Positions 17,980 through 26,937 of a DNA stretch of 50,278 bases are shown here, one piece after another; within the stretch, counting starts at the first letter, position 1; each line of letters starts with the position of its first letter. The position numbers and the translations under genes are program-made. Location of the stretch: IMG/VR virus record IMGVR_UViG_2595698871_000001, positions 173,443-223,720 of that record; one strand, 5' to 3'. The notes under the pieces are model-generated. The model was given only the letters and a program-made list of their open reading frames with translations. It had not been told where the DNA came from and did no database searches. Source of the DNA: a virus. Its lineage: Duplodnaviria > Heunggongvirae > Uroviricota > Caudoviricetes.

Positions 17980-18372
17980 TTGACCAATCTCATCGACCTT
18001 CAGCCTTTCACCCTGGCCGAGCACGAGGCCCTCGCGGCGTACAAGGCCGGCGGTGGTCCGGCCGAATATCTCGCCGACGTCGTCATCGACATGCGAGAGC
18101 GCATCAGCCGCGCCGAGGCTATCCGCAAGGTCGTCCAGTTCGAGCACAAGGTGTTCGAGGACGACGCCGCTGCGCCCCGCGACTTCTGGCATGTCCGCGC
18201 CGTCTTCGGCGAGGGCGATCTCGTCGGCGACTGGGTCCAGTATGGGGAACTGGGTGACCACCGCGCGCCCATGTCGGCCGAGGTCCGCGCCCACAACGAG
18301 AACCGCGCCTTCAACTGCACGATCGACGCCCTGCTGGAGATCGGCAAGGCCTACGCTTCGGTGAGCGCATGA
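17980..18372 (+). CDS. hypothetical protein
   Basis: AGGAG then TTG 17980. Confidence 0.65.
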   Translation: MTNLIDLQPFTLAEHEALAAYKAGGGPAEYLADVVIDMRERISRAEAIRKVVQFEHKVFEDDAAAPRDFWHVRAVFGEGDLVGDWVQYGELGDHRAPMSAEVRAHNENRAFNCTIDALLEIGKAYASVSA

Positions 18373-18824
18373 GCGACAACCGCCTCCTCATCAACACCGA
18401 CGGCGCCAACTTCCAGGCCCAGGCCGTGCTCGCGGTGGTCCGCGACATGCTGGGCGAGGACTTCGAGCCCTCCTGGAGCACCGACCTGGGCGAATACCTC
18501 GCCGAGCCGCGTCTGGCCCGCTTCGATAACAACCGCGTCGCCGGCTACGTGATCTGGATGCCCGACAGCCGGGCGTGCGCCTGGATGGGTCCCGAAGGCT
18601 GGCGCCAGATCAACATCACCTTCTACCAGCACGGCGTCAGCGACCAGATCGTCGTCAACGGCTGGCGCAAAGCCTATCGTGAAGACCTGCCGCCCACTCG
18701 CCACGACATGCCCGACGTCGAGGAGATGCACCGCCGGCAAATCTTCGAGCAGCACGAGATCGTGCCGGCCGCCGAGTACATCATCCACCTGCTGACCGAG
18801 TTCTGGGAGGAAGGCAATACGTGA
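18369..18824 (+). CDS. hypothetical protein
   Basis: ATGA overlap. Confidence 0.7.
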   Translation: MSDNRLLINTDGANFQAQAVLAVVRDMLGEDFEPSWSTDLGEYLAEPRLARFDNNRVAGYVIWMPDSRACAWMGPEGWRQINITFYQHGVSDQIVVNGWRKAYREDLPPTRHDMPDVEEMHRRQIFEQHEIVPAAEYIIHLLTEFWEEGNT

Positions 18825-19156
18825 CCGACTATGACGCCTGCCTGACCAACTGGGTCATCTGCCTGACGCCGATCCCGGTCATCGTCCGGGGCGACGCCGT
18901 GCCCGAGCCGGGCGTGGTGCTCGTCGGCGAGATCATGCAGGACCGCAAGAAGCGCTGGCCGGACGGGCGTCTCGTCCACACCTCGGTGCTTCTGAGCGCG
19001 CGGGAGTTGATCAAGCCGGGCGAGGTCGTGCGCACCCTGCGCAGCCACTACCTCCTGGGCCGACCCGCCGAGGAGATCACCCTGCGCCATAGCCTGGGCG
19101 CGATGTTCGCCCAGGTCGTCATTCAACCGCTTGACAACACTCTCGCGCCAACCTAG
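18821..19156 (+). CDS. conserved phage protein of unknown function
   Basis: GEI.QD...RWPDG..VHTS...V.T..SHY.LG motif; GTGA overlap. Confidence 0.65.
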   Translation: MTDYDACLTNWVICLTPIPVIVRGDAVPEPGVVLVGEIMQDRKKRWPDGRLVHTSVLLSARELIKPGEVVRTLRSHYLLGRPAEEITLRHSLGAMFAQVVIQPLDNTLAPT

Positions 19157-19223
19157 AAGGGTCGTCGACGACAACGCCTGTCCGAAATTTGTACACAGAT
19201 TTCGGACATAATAGGAGGTCCAG
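19131..19223 (+). promoter_or_regulatory. sigma70-type promoter, class A, with extra leader palindrome
   Basis: TTGACA 19131-19136, 17 bp, TAGAAG; CAACAC-tctcgc-GCCAA; CGACGACAAC 19166-19175; TGTCCGAAAT-N10-ATTTCGGACA 19179-19208; AGGAGG. Confidence 0.85.
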
Positions 19224-19655
19224 ATGTCCTACACCGAAGCCCACATGGAAGCGCTGGTCGCCTTCCACCAGAACGAGATGGACGTCGGCGACGGCGCCTG
19301 GGGGCGCTACGTCAAGACGCTGGAGCAGCGCACCGGGATCGAAGACCTGGACGGCGACAACTCCGAAGAGGCCCGCGCCTACTTCTGCGACATGGGCTAC
19401 TCGCTCGACGACACCTTCGACATGTTCCAGAAGGGCGTGTCGCTGGCCGACGCCGAGACCGCGATCCTGCGTTCGTGCTATGAGGCCGCCACCCGCGCGG
19501 CGCTCGCCGGCGTCAAGGGCCTGACCGAGGCCCAGGAGCGCGCCCAGGCGGCCGGCAAGACCGACTATGTCGCGCAACTTCAGAAGCAGATCGACAGCCT
19601 GATCGACGGCGAGAGCGCCGAGGCCTCGGCGGTCGAACGCGCGGCGGGGTGCTGA
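19224..19655 (+). CDS. hypothetical acidic protein
   Basis: AGGAGG SD. Confidence 0.75.
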   Translation: MSYTEAHMEALVAFHQNEMDVGDGAWGRYVKTLEQRTGIEDLDGDNSEEARAYFCDMGYSLDDTFDMFQKGVSLADAETAILRSCYEAATRAALAGVKGLTEAQERAQAAGKTDYVAQLQKQIDSLIDGESAEASAVERAAGC

Positions 19656-19657
19656 CC

Positions 19658-19876
19658 ATGAGCTTCCACCGCAGCCCCCTTCCTGGCCCGCCGGAGCAGG
19701 CCGACGAGCGCTACAAGTTCATCGACATCGATGGCCGGCGCTACAAGGTCTACCGCTCGGGTCACGTCTCGGTCCTGATCCAGGGCACGGGCAAGCGGGC
19801 CGGCTACACCCGCTCGCTGACCCACAACAGCATCATCGCCGCGCGCGTGCGCTTCGCCTCGGGGTGGTTCGCATGA
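19658..19876 (+). CDS. small protein, paralogue of 14568-14798
   Basis: GRRYKVYRSGHV...VRFASGWFA. Confidence 0.7.
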   Translation: MSFHRSPLPGPPEQADERYKFIDIDGRRYKVYRSGHVSVLIQGTGKRAGYTRSLTHNSIIAARVRFASGWFA

Positions 19877-20265
19877 GCAAGCCGTCGATCGCGGTGGTGG
19901 GGTTCGTCTCCTCCACGCCCAACTTCTTCGAGATCGTCGACCTCAAGGTCGTCGACGACAGCCGCCGGCCCGGCGACGGGCGCATGTTCGCCCGCGACGC
20001 CGACACGGTGAACCCGTGCCCGCCCTGGGTCGAGTTCCAGATCGTGCTCGGCGTCTTCGACACCTACGAGCAGGCGGCGGCGGCGCGCGAGAAGTCCCGC
20101 GCCGACTACAAGGCCGCCGGCGCCGAGGTCGAGAAGACCAACGGCGAACTGATGCGCGCGACCCGCGCCTATGAAGCCGCCATCCTCGCCCACAACGAGG
20201 CCAAGACCGAGCAGCGGCGCGCCAGCCGGCAGGCCTTCCTCGGCACCCCCACCGACTACCGCTAG
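19873..20265 (+). CDS. hypothetical protein with C-terminal coiled coil
   Basis: ATGA overlap. Confidence 0.7.
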   Translation: MSKPSIAVVGFVSSTPNFFEIVDLKVVDDSRRPGDGRMFARDADTVNPCPPWVEFQIVLGVFDTYEQAAAAREKSRADYKAAGAEVEKTNGELMRATRAYEAAILAHNEAKTEQRRASRQAFLGTPTDYR

Positions 20266-20273
20266 GAGGTCCC

Positions 20274-20477
20274 ATGACCAAGTACGTCATCCCCATTCAG
20301 GTCGACTTCCTGATCGCGCCCGCCAGGGGCGATGTGATGCAAACCCTGCTGTCGCGGATCGAGGCGATCCTGGACGAAGAACTCAGCATCATGCTGAGCG
20401 ACGCGCCCGACCGGGTCATCGCCCTGAGCCCCGTCAAGGGTCTGCACCAGCGGACCACGACGACGGAGGAGACCTGA
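20274..20477 (+). CDS. hypothetical protein
   Basis: AGGAGG SD. Confidence 0.7.
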   Translation: MTKYVIPIQVDFLIAPARGDVMQTLLSRIEAILDEELSIMLSDAPDRVIALSPVKGLHQRTTTTEET

Positions 20478-20478
20478 C

Positions 20479-20970
20479 ATGGCCCAGGAATACCAGACCT
20501 ACACCGTCAAGGGCTCCTGGCCCTTCCCGACCGACATGCTGCGCTACGACGACGCCAAGCCGGCGACCGTCTTTGCCAGCGAGACGATCAACCGCCTGTC
20601 GGGCGACTACGCCCCGTCGCGCGAGAGCATCCGCGACGAGGTCGAAATCAGGCTGATCCGGATCAAGCGCGGCCTGCCGGCGATCGACCGCTGGGAGTCG
20701 TTTGGCTGGAAGGTCGTCAACGGCGACGAGGACACCCAGTACGCGATCGCGGTGCGCAACCCGCCGCCGCTGGAACCCACGCCCTACGAGAAGCTGCGCG
20801 CGGCGGTCAAGGACGTGATCGCCGAACTCGACTACACGCCCAAGTACGTCTACGCCCGCGAGGACGACCTGGGCAAGCCCCTACCACCGCGCCTGATGTG
20901 CGCGCTGAACGAACTCACCAACACCTACAACGAAACTCCGGAGGCCCGACATGGCAATGACCACCCCTGA
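20479..20970 (+). CDS. conserved phage protein of unknown function
   Basis: FPTDMLRYD...P...RWESFGW motif. Confidence 0.7.
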   Translation: MAQEYQTYTVKGSWPFPTDMLRYDDAKPATVFASETINRLSGDYAPSRESIRDEVEIRLIRIKRGLPAIDRWESFGWKVVNGDEDTQYAIAVRNPPPLEPTPYEKLRAAVKDVIAELDYTPKYVYAREDDLGKPLPPRLMCALNELTNTYNETPEARHGNDHP

Positions 20971-21319
20971 CGGGCGCTACGCCATCGCCGGCTTCACCGG
21001 CTGGTCGCCCCAGCACTTCAAGGTCGTCGACCTGGACACCAAGTCCGTCAACGTCAGCGGCTGGGAAGACGAGGAGCAGGACTTCGCCCTGACGCTGGAC
21101 GGCGAGCGCTTCTACTACGACGTCATCAAGGCGCGCTTCGCGACCGCCGAGGACGCCGTGGGCAACCTCACCGCCGCCCAGGAAGCCTACGCGCTCCACG
21201 ACAAGGAGGTCGAGGCCTTGAGCGAGGAACTGGAAACCCTCAAGCGCAAGCTCGAACTGGCCGTCTCGGCGCGGGGCCGGGCCTACCGCAAGGCCATGAA
21301 GGGCGTCGACCTCGGATGA
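20951..21319 (+). CDS. hypothetical protein with C-terminal coiled coil
   Basis: GGAGG SD. Confidence 0.7.
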   Translation: MAMTTPDGRYAIAGFTGWSPQHFKVVDLDTKSVNVSGWEDEEQDFALTLDGERFYYDVIKARFATAEDAVGNLTAAQEAYALHDKEVEALSEELETLKRKLELAVSARGRAYRKAMKGVDLG

Positions 21320-21591
21320 TCGTCTTCCTGCTCTGCGCCATCCCCTACGTCCTGGTCGGCGGCTGCATCTACGCGGCCCTGATCGACCGCTACGTCACGC
21401 GCGAGACCACCGGAAGCTCGGACGATGAAGTGGGCGCCCGGCTGATCTACGCGATCTTCTGGATGATCGCCATCCCCCTCCACCTCCTCGCAATCCTGTT
21501 CGACATCCTGCGGCATCGCGCCTTCCGTCAGCGCCATAAGCTCCGGACCGGCCACGACATCGGCCCCTGGACCTATACCGGCTGGCTCTGA
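21316..21591 (+). CDS. two-helix membrane protein
   Basis: Two hydrophobic segments; ATGA overlap. Confidence 0.7.
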   Translation: MIVFLLCAIPYVLVGGCIYAALIDRYVTRETTGSSDDEVGARLIYAIFWMIAIPLHLLAILFDILRHRAFRQRHKLRTGHDIGPWTYTGWL

Positions 21592-21594
21592 GCC

Positions 21595-21664
21595 TTGGCT
21601 GCGATGTGTTGACAAGGCTGCGCGGCCTCCTGTAGAAGACCCTCGACGACAACAGGAGGCCCTC
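21595..21664 (+). promoter_or_regulatory. sigma70-type promoter, class B
   Basis: TTGGC-N6-GTGTTG 21595-21611; TTGACA 21609-21614, 18 bp, TAGAAG; CGACGACAAC 21644-21653. Confidence 0.85.
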
Positions 21665-22147
21665 ATGCCTGACAACTCGAACTTCGACGCCGCCGTCCTC
21701 GTGGGCGTGGAGATCATCAAGACCAAGCCGGAAGGGCTGACCGCCCTGGAGGCCGTCCAGCGGTTCCAGCACCAGTCGCCGGACTTCGTCGACCTCGTCA
21801 CCCGCTTCAACAAGCTGACGGCCGCCTTGCCGGCGGTGGTCAACGGCCATCACCTCCAGTCGACCTGCGCCGAGTGGGTCCTCAACGAGTCCCAGCAGCG
21901 CATCACGCTGCCGTTCGAGACCATCGCCCAGCGCGTGGAATTCTACGCCCAGCAGATGACGATCCCGGCCTACGGCTACCTGATGGATCGCTACAAGGAA
22001 AACCTCGACAGCAAGATCGCCACGGTGCGCGGCTGTCTGACGGACCAGAACTATCTCGGGGCCAGCTACAACCTCCTCGACCTGGAGGAGACCTTCCAGG
22101 AGATGGTCGACCGTCACGACGATCTGGTCTCGGACGGCTACCCCTGA
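21665..22147 (+). CDS. hypothetical protein
   Basis: AGGAGG SD. Confidence 0.75.
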   Translation: MPDNSNFDAAVLVGVEIIKTKPEGLTALEAVQRFQHQSPDFVDLVTRFNKLTAALPAVVNGHHLQSTCAEWVLNESQQRITLPFETIAQRVEFYAQQMTIPAYGYLMDRYKENLDSKIATVRGCLTDQNYLGASYNLLDLEETFQEMVDRHDDLVSDGYP

Positions 22148-22219
22148 TGAGCGCTTGCGCCGCTCCAGGCCCCGGCCTAGCTTCCCCGCGCCGCGCTGTT
22201 GCGGCTCAGAGGATTCGTT

Positions 22220-22480
22220 ATGGACAGGCTCAAGGTCAAACTCTTCGCCAGGGGCGTGCAGACCGCCGCCGAGGCGCTGGTGAACGCGATCGACGCCCTG
22301 CCGGCTGGCCCGGAGAAGGATGCGGTGGTCGCGGCCGAGAAGACGCTGCATGCGCGGCTGAACTACGGCGCCGTGCGCGCGGGCGACTTCTTCGGCGACG
22401 AGTCGATCACCTTGATCGGCACGCGCCGCACCGGCGGCGAGGACAAGCCGGACGCGCCGGAAGTTCCGCCCGGCGGCTGA
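22220..22480 (+). CDS. small hypothetical protein
   Basis: AGAGGA SD; possible own promoter TTGCGC-17-TAGCTT 22155-22183. Confidence 0.65.
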   Translation: MDRLKVKLFARGVQTAAEALVNAIDALPAGPEKDAVVAAEKTLHARLNYGAVRAGDFFGDESITLIGTRRTGGEDKPDAPEVPPGG

Positions 22481-22490
22481 CGGGTGCATC

Positions 22491-23015
22491 ATGGGCCTGA
22501 CGGGGTGCAGCTTTGCGCTCCTGACGGCCGGCTCGGTCGCCTTCGCGGTTGACCGTGGGGGCAGGGCGCTCAAGGCGAGCGGCCTGCTCCTCCTGGCGAC
22601 CTGGGCGTTCTCGGTGACCGTCGGCAAGGTGCTGGTCGCCGCCTACAAGCCCTACATCTACGCCTGGGTCGACGGCATGTTCGCCGGCGCCATGGGCGTC
22701 ATGATCTCCGCCCGCTACCAGCGCTGGCGCGCCGGGCTCTTCGCCCTGGCGATCCTCCAGATGGGGCTCCATCTGGCCATGCTCGGCTACTGGGATTTCA
22801 CCCTGGCGGCCCGCCGGCTGCACGTGCTGTCGCTCAACATCACCTACGCCCTGGAACTCTTCGTGCTCACGATCGGCGCGGTGGTCTACCGCCCTGGCGC
22901 GGACGACGATATGCCGGTGATCATGGAGGTCCAGCACCACCTCGTGGGGCAGGACGACGGCACGCTGCTCGATTGGCTTGAGTGTGTTGACAAAGCCGGA
23001 CGGCCCGTCCTATAA
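22491..23015 (+). CDS. polytopic membrane protein
   Basis: About five hydrophobic segments. Confidence 0.7.
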   Translation: MGLTGCSFALLTAGSVAFAVDRGGRALKASGLLLLATWAFSVTVGKVLVAAYKPYIYAWVDGMFAGAMGVMISARYQRWRAGLFALAILQMGLHLAMLGYWDFTLAARRLHVLSLNITYALELFVLTIGAVVYRPGADDDMPVIMEVQHHLVGQDDGTLLDWLECVDKAGRPVL

Positions 23016-23043
23016 CCCCCTCGACGACAACGAGGAGGCCCCC
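22973..23043 (+). promoter_or_regulatory. sigma70-type promoter, class B
   Basis: TTGGC-N6-GTGTTG 22973-22989; TTGACA 22987-22992, 18 bp, TATAAC; CGACGACAAC 23022-23031. Confidence 0.85.
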
Positions 23044-23472
23044 ATGCCGCAGCCCAAGACCGCCACGATCTCCCGCGCGCTCGCCTACTTGGCGATCACG
23101 GGCGGCACCAACTGCCTCACGATCAACACCCGGATCGCCCTGCACCCCTATCACAAGCTGGTCCCGGTCACGTACAAGATCGGTGACACCGAACTGACCC
23201 GCCACGTCTACAAGCTCACCGACGAGGGCCAAGCCCTGGCCGAGAAGAGCAAGCTCTGGAAGGGCCACCAGAAGCTCGTCGAGATGGGCTTCAAGTTCCA
23301 GGCGCGCCGGCGTCAGTCCTCGCGCTTCCTGTCCTACGATCACGCGACCGACGACTGCCGCAAGGATCGTCGCGGCGCGTTCATCTCCGGCGACAGCCCC
23401 TACGCCCAGCCGGCGCCGGGGCAGACGCCCGAGGGCAAGAAGGACTGGGACTACATCAAGGTGGAGGTCTAA
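23044..23472 (+). CDS. hypothetical protein
   Basis: ATG after GAGGAGG. Confidence 0.75.
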   Translation: MPQPKTATISRALAYLAITGGTNCLTINTRIALHPYHKLVPVTYKIGDTELTRHVYKLTDEGQALAEKSKLWKGHQKLVEMGFKFQARRRQSSRFLSYDHATDDCRKDRRGAFISGDSPYAQPAPGQTPEGKKDWDYIKVEV

Positions 23473-23475
23473 GCC

Positions 23476-23862
23476 ATGGCTACCCGCACCGCGTTCGACA
23501 TCCTCACCGACGCCGCCCACCTGATCGAGCGCAACGGCTGGGCTCAAGGCAAAGCAGTCCAGGCCGGCCCCGCCGCCGCCGACTGCCCAACCTGCGCCAA
23601 TCTGGCCCTGGGCGACGCCGCGCGCTTCCGCAGCGAGGTCCTCGGCGCCAACTACCACGCCTACCTGGAAGCCCAGGTGGCGCTCCTCAAGTACCTGAAG
23701 ATCGGCATCGCCCCGGCCCTGCTGAACCAGACCACCAAGGGCTCCCTGATCGTCGACTGGAACGACGCGCCCGAGCGCACGGCCGCCGAGGTCGTCGCCG
23801 CCCTGCGTGGCGCGGCCTACGCCCTGGTGGGTGACGGTCTGGTGGAGGCCAGCCTCGCATGA
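23476..23862 (+). CDS. DUF6197-like phage protein
   Basis: AAHLIERNGWAQG...WNDAPERTAAEV. Confidence 0.7.
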   Translation: MATRTAFDILTDAAHLIERNGWAQGKAVQAGPAAADCPTCANLALGDAARFRSEVLGANYHAYLEAQVALLKYLKIGIAPALLNQTTKGSLIVDWNDAPERTAAEVVAALRGAAYALVGDGLVEASLA

Positions 23863-24155
23863 TCTGGCAAGGAAGAGCCCTGCGTGTTTCGTTCGGCGAC
23901 AATCTCGTCGCCGAACTGACCAAGCTGCGCGTACCGCCTTCGACGTTCGGCCTGTCCGAGACGCCCTCGAAGGACCAGCCGCACATGAAGCTCTACGACG
24001 TCTGGGACGTCATGGGCGAGCGTCAATTCCGTGACCTGGGCGTGCCGGCCAATCCTCAGTACGGGCGCGATGTCAGCGGGATGTGGACGAACGGCGACAT
24101 GTGGATCACGCCGCAGGAAGCCGCCCAGATCATCGAGCAGAGGAAGCAATCGTGA
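23859..24155 (+). CDS. hypothetical protein
   Basis: ATGA overlap. Confidence 0.65.
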   Translation: MIWQGRALRVSFGDNLVAELTKLRVPPSTFGLSETPSKDQPHMKLYDVWDVMGERQFRDLGVPANPQYGRDVSGMWTNGDMWITPQEAAQIIEQRKQS

Positions 24156-24547
24156 CCGTCGCTCATGACCTCGCCCGCGCCTGCCGGCTGATCGAAGTCC
24201 ATGGCTGGGCGCAGGCCCGCCCGGCGGCCGAGCGCAATCCGACCGCCGCGCCGGACGGCACGATGGCCTACTGCACCACCACGGCGATCCACGAGTCCTG
24301 CAAGTTCGAGGGCCGTTCGGACGATCCGCGCTTCGTGATCGGCTACAGCAACCGCGTGCGCGACTGCTTCGCGGCCGTGCTCGACATCGTCAAGCCCGAG
24401 CGCGATCACCTCTTCGACCGCAGCAATCCGATGCTGATCTGGGCCTGGAACGATGCGCCCGAGCGCACCGCCGACGAGGTCATGGAGACGCTGCACCAAG
24501 CCGCCGTCACGATGGCCGACAAACTGGGACTGGGAGACGACGACTGA
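24152..24547 (+). CDS. DUF6197-like phage protein, paralogue of 23476-23862
   Basis: ACRLIEVHGWAQA...WNDAPERTADEV. Confidence 0.7.
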   Translation: MTVAHDLARACRLIEVHGWAQARPAAERNPTAAPDGTMAYCTTTAIHESCKFEGRSDDPRFVIGYSNRVRDCFAAVLDIVKPERDHLFDRSNPMLIWAWNDAPERTADEVMETLHQAAVTMADKLGLGDDD

Positions 24548-25203
24548 TGACCAGCTATGTGACCAACGATTCCGATGGGCGGGCCTACGTGGTCAGTTCG
24601 CGCGGGGTGATCCGCAACGGCACGACCGTCGTCATCGTCGCCAAGGACAACCGCGACATCGACGGACTGATCGGCGTGCTGGCGGTCGAGCGCGACCGCG
24701 AGACCGTCACGGTTCAGGCCGGATGCCGCCACATCCAGGTCGAGCCGGGCATGGTCAGCGAACTCAAGATGGGCCAGCGCATCGGCGATCCCGAGGCCAA
24801 CGAGCACCTCGCCCACATCGCCGAGATGGTCGGCGAGGGCGATGACGTGGGCGCGGCCTGGGAGAGCGTCCAGGCGATCATCACCGAGCGCGACACCCTC
24901 AAGGCCGCGATCGATACGGCCCTGGTCCAGATCAGCGGTGGTCTCTGCTACTTCACGGCCGACGCCAAGCACGCCCAGTTGAAGGACGCCGAGAAGACCC
25001 TGGAGCGGGCGCTGAACGGCGGGCAGGCCCCGATCGAAAAGCGCCTCTACGCCGAAGAACCGGGCGATGACTGGAGCCTGGAGCTTCACGTCTTCCACGC
25101 CGCCAACAACCCCAACCTGCCGGCCGCCACGCGGGAGCTTCTCAAGACCCTGTGGAAGGCCTATTGCGCCCTGGAACAACGCTGCGAAGGAGCCGCCACG
25201 TGA
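24547..25203 (+). CDS. hypothetical protein
   Basis: TGATG coupling. Confidence 0.7.
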   Translation: MTSYVTNDSDGRAYVVSSRGVIRNGTTVVIVAKDNRDIDGLIGVLAVERDRETVTVQAGCRHIQVEPGMVSELKMGQRIGDPEANEHLAHIAEMVGEGDDVGAAWESVQAIITERDTLKAAIDTALVQISGGLCYFTADAKHAQLKDAEKTLERALNGGQAPIEKRLYAEEPGDDWSLELHVFHAANNPNLPAATRELLKTLWKAYCALEQRCEGAAT

Positions 25204-25748
25204 ACATCCTGCAAGACCTCCTCGCCCAGCCCGAGCACATGACCGACGCCTATGCGTCCTGCATCTCGATGCGCATCGGCGACACCCTGGCCAGCCCCAA
25301 GCGCCAGGACCTCTTCGACCTCGCCACCACGCTGACGAGCATCTCCCACGCCATGCTGGCCCAGGCCCCGCAGGCGACCCGCGACGCCATCATCCACGAC
25401 AAGGCCGACATGGGCGATCCGATCATGGCCGCCTTCCGCCTGGGGCAACTCTCGATGGCCGGCGAGATCATGGGCTACGAGGCGACCCGCCGCGCGGACG
25501 ACGACATAATCGACGTGGTGAAGGCCAACCTCGGCGTGCTCTCCGACATCCGCGAGGGCCGCAACACGCCGTCGGAACTGGCGATGCAGTTTGGCATGAC
25601 CGGCAAGGAACTGAAGGTGCTGGTCCGGGTGCTGGAGCACAAGGGCCTCGTCGTTACCGTCACCAGCAGCACGCCGGGCGTCTACGAGGCGCGCCTGACG
25701 CCGCTCGCCCATTCGATCCTCGACATGCTGAAAGAGAAGGCCGCATGA
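25200..25748 (+). CDS. protein with C-terminal MarR-like winged HTH
   Basis: TPSELAMQFGMTGKELKVLVRVLEHKGLVV...RLTPLAHSIL. Confidence 0.75.
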   Translation: MNILQDLLAQPEHMTDAYASCISMRIGDTLASPKRQDLFDLATTLTSISHAMLAQAPQATRDAIIHDKADMGDPIMAAFRLGQLSMAGEIMGYEATRRADDDIIDVVKANLGVLSDIREGRNTPSELAMQFGMTGKELKVLVRVLEHKGLVVTVTSSTPGVYEARLTPLAHSILDMLKEKAA

Positions 25749-26350
25749 AGCCGCTCGTCACCCTTCGCGCCTGCCCGCCGGGCGTCTTCCGCTACGACGG
25801 CCTGCTCTTCTGCAAGACCGAGTACGGCACGATCATCGGCCGCAAGGACGCCGTGGACAAGCCGCACGTCTACGAGATGACCGACCGCTCGGACGTCTAC
25901 TGCCTGGGCTCTGGCGAGTATTTCTGGGGCGGCGTCGAGACCGCCGAGGATCGCGAGAATCTGATGGTCGAGCCGATCGACATCGCGGCGCTCGACTCCA
26001 TTGCCGAGACCGACAAGATGGTCCAGGCAATCATGGAGGCGGTGGGCTTTGCCTCGCTCTACGACAACGGCGCGGGCATGTACGCCCGCAACGTCCTGCG
26101 CGCCATCCAGTCGGGCAAGTACGCGGCGTTCGAGGCCCTGCTGCCGCCGCATGTTCCCAGGGATGGAACGGTGGTCCGCGAGGACCCGCTGAAGATCACC
26201 CAGGAGACGCGCGACATCGTCGGCGACGCCTTCGGCACCGTGGCGCTGATCCAGGTCGAGGACCCCGAGGCCGCGCCCATCACCTTCACCCTGGCCGAGG
26301 TCGACGCCCTGCTGACCGCCCAGCGCCGCAAGCTGGAGGCCGACCTGTGA
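25745..26350 (+). CDS. hypothetical protein
   Basis: ATGA overlap. Confidence 0.65.
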   Translation: MKPLVTLRACPPGVFRYDGLLFCKTEYGTIIGRKDAVDKPHVYEMTDRSDVYCLGSGEYFWGGVETAEDRENLMVEPIDIAALDSIAETDKMVQAIMEAVGFASLYDNGAGMYARNVLRAIQSGKYAAFEALLPPHVPRDGTVVREDPLKITQETRDIVGDAFGTVALIQVEDPEAAPITFTLAEVDALLTAQRRKLEADL

Positions 26351-26937
26351 AGCTGGATCGCACCCTTTCCGAGGTCGAGTTCCGCGTCCTGACCTATCTG
26401 GGTCTGCGCAAGGGCAAGGCCACGACCGTCGGCCAAGTCGCCGCCAATGTGCCGGGGGCGGGCGGCAAGGCCGGTGAGGTGCTTGAAAGCCTGCGCGATC
26501 TGCGCGTGGTGTCCAAGATCGACGCCGAGCACTTCTGGAGCTTCGTGATCCACGAGCGCGGCGTGGCCTATCTGAAGGGCAAGACCTCCAACGGCGCCAA
26601 GAAGCGCAAGAAGGCCCTGCCCCCGACGCCGCTGCTGCATGAGCGGCTCCAGACGATCCTCGACGAGAGCATCGCCGGCATCGAGCATCCCTCGCAGGTG
26701 GCGATCAACGTCTGCGTGCCTCGCGCCGACCTCCAGGAGGCCGTCAGGGGCCTCAAAGCCCGCGAGGTGTCCACCGGCCTGCCCGAGGACTTCCTGGCCG
26801 GCTGGGACGATCTGAGGCGGGCGATCACCGCGATCGAGACGGCGACCCTCCACTCGATTGGCGAGGCCACCCGCTGGCTCGAAGAGGAACGCCAGAAGTT
26901 TGACACCCTGGTCCGCGACACGGCAAGGAACGCATGA
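26347..26937 (+). CDS. protein with N-terminal winged HTH
   Basis: LSEVEFRVLTYL...TVGQVAA...VLESLRDLRVV...ERGVAYL. Confidence 0.7.
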   Translation: MKLDRTLSEVEFRVLTYLGLRKGKATTVGQVAANVPGAGGKAGEVLESLRDLRVVSKIDAEHFWSFVIHERGVAYLKGKTSNGAKKRKKALPPTPLLHERLQTILDESIAGIEHPSQVAINVCVPRADLQEAVRGLKAREVSTGLPEDFLAGWDDLRRAITAIETATLHSIGEATRWLEEERQKFDTLVRDTARNA

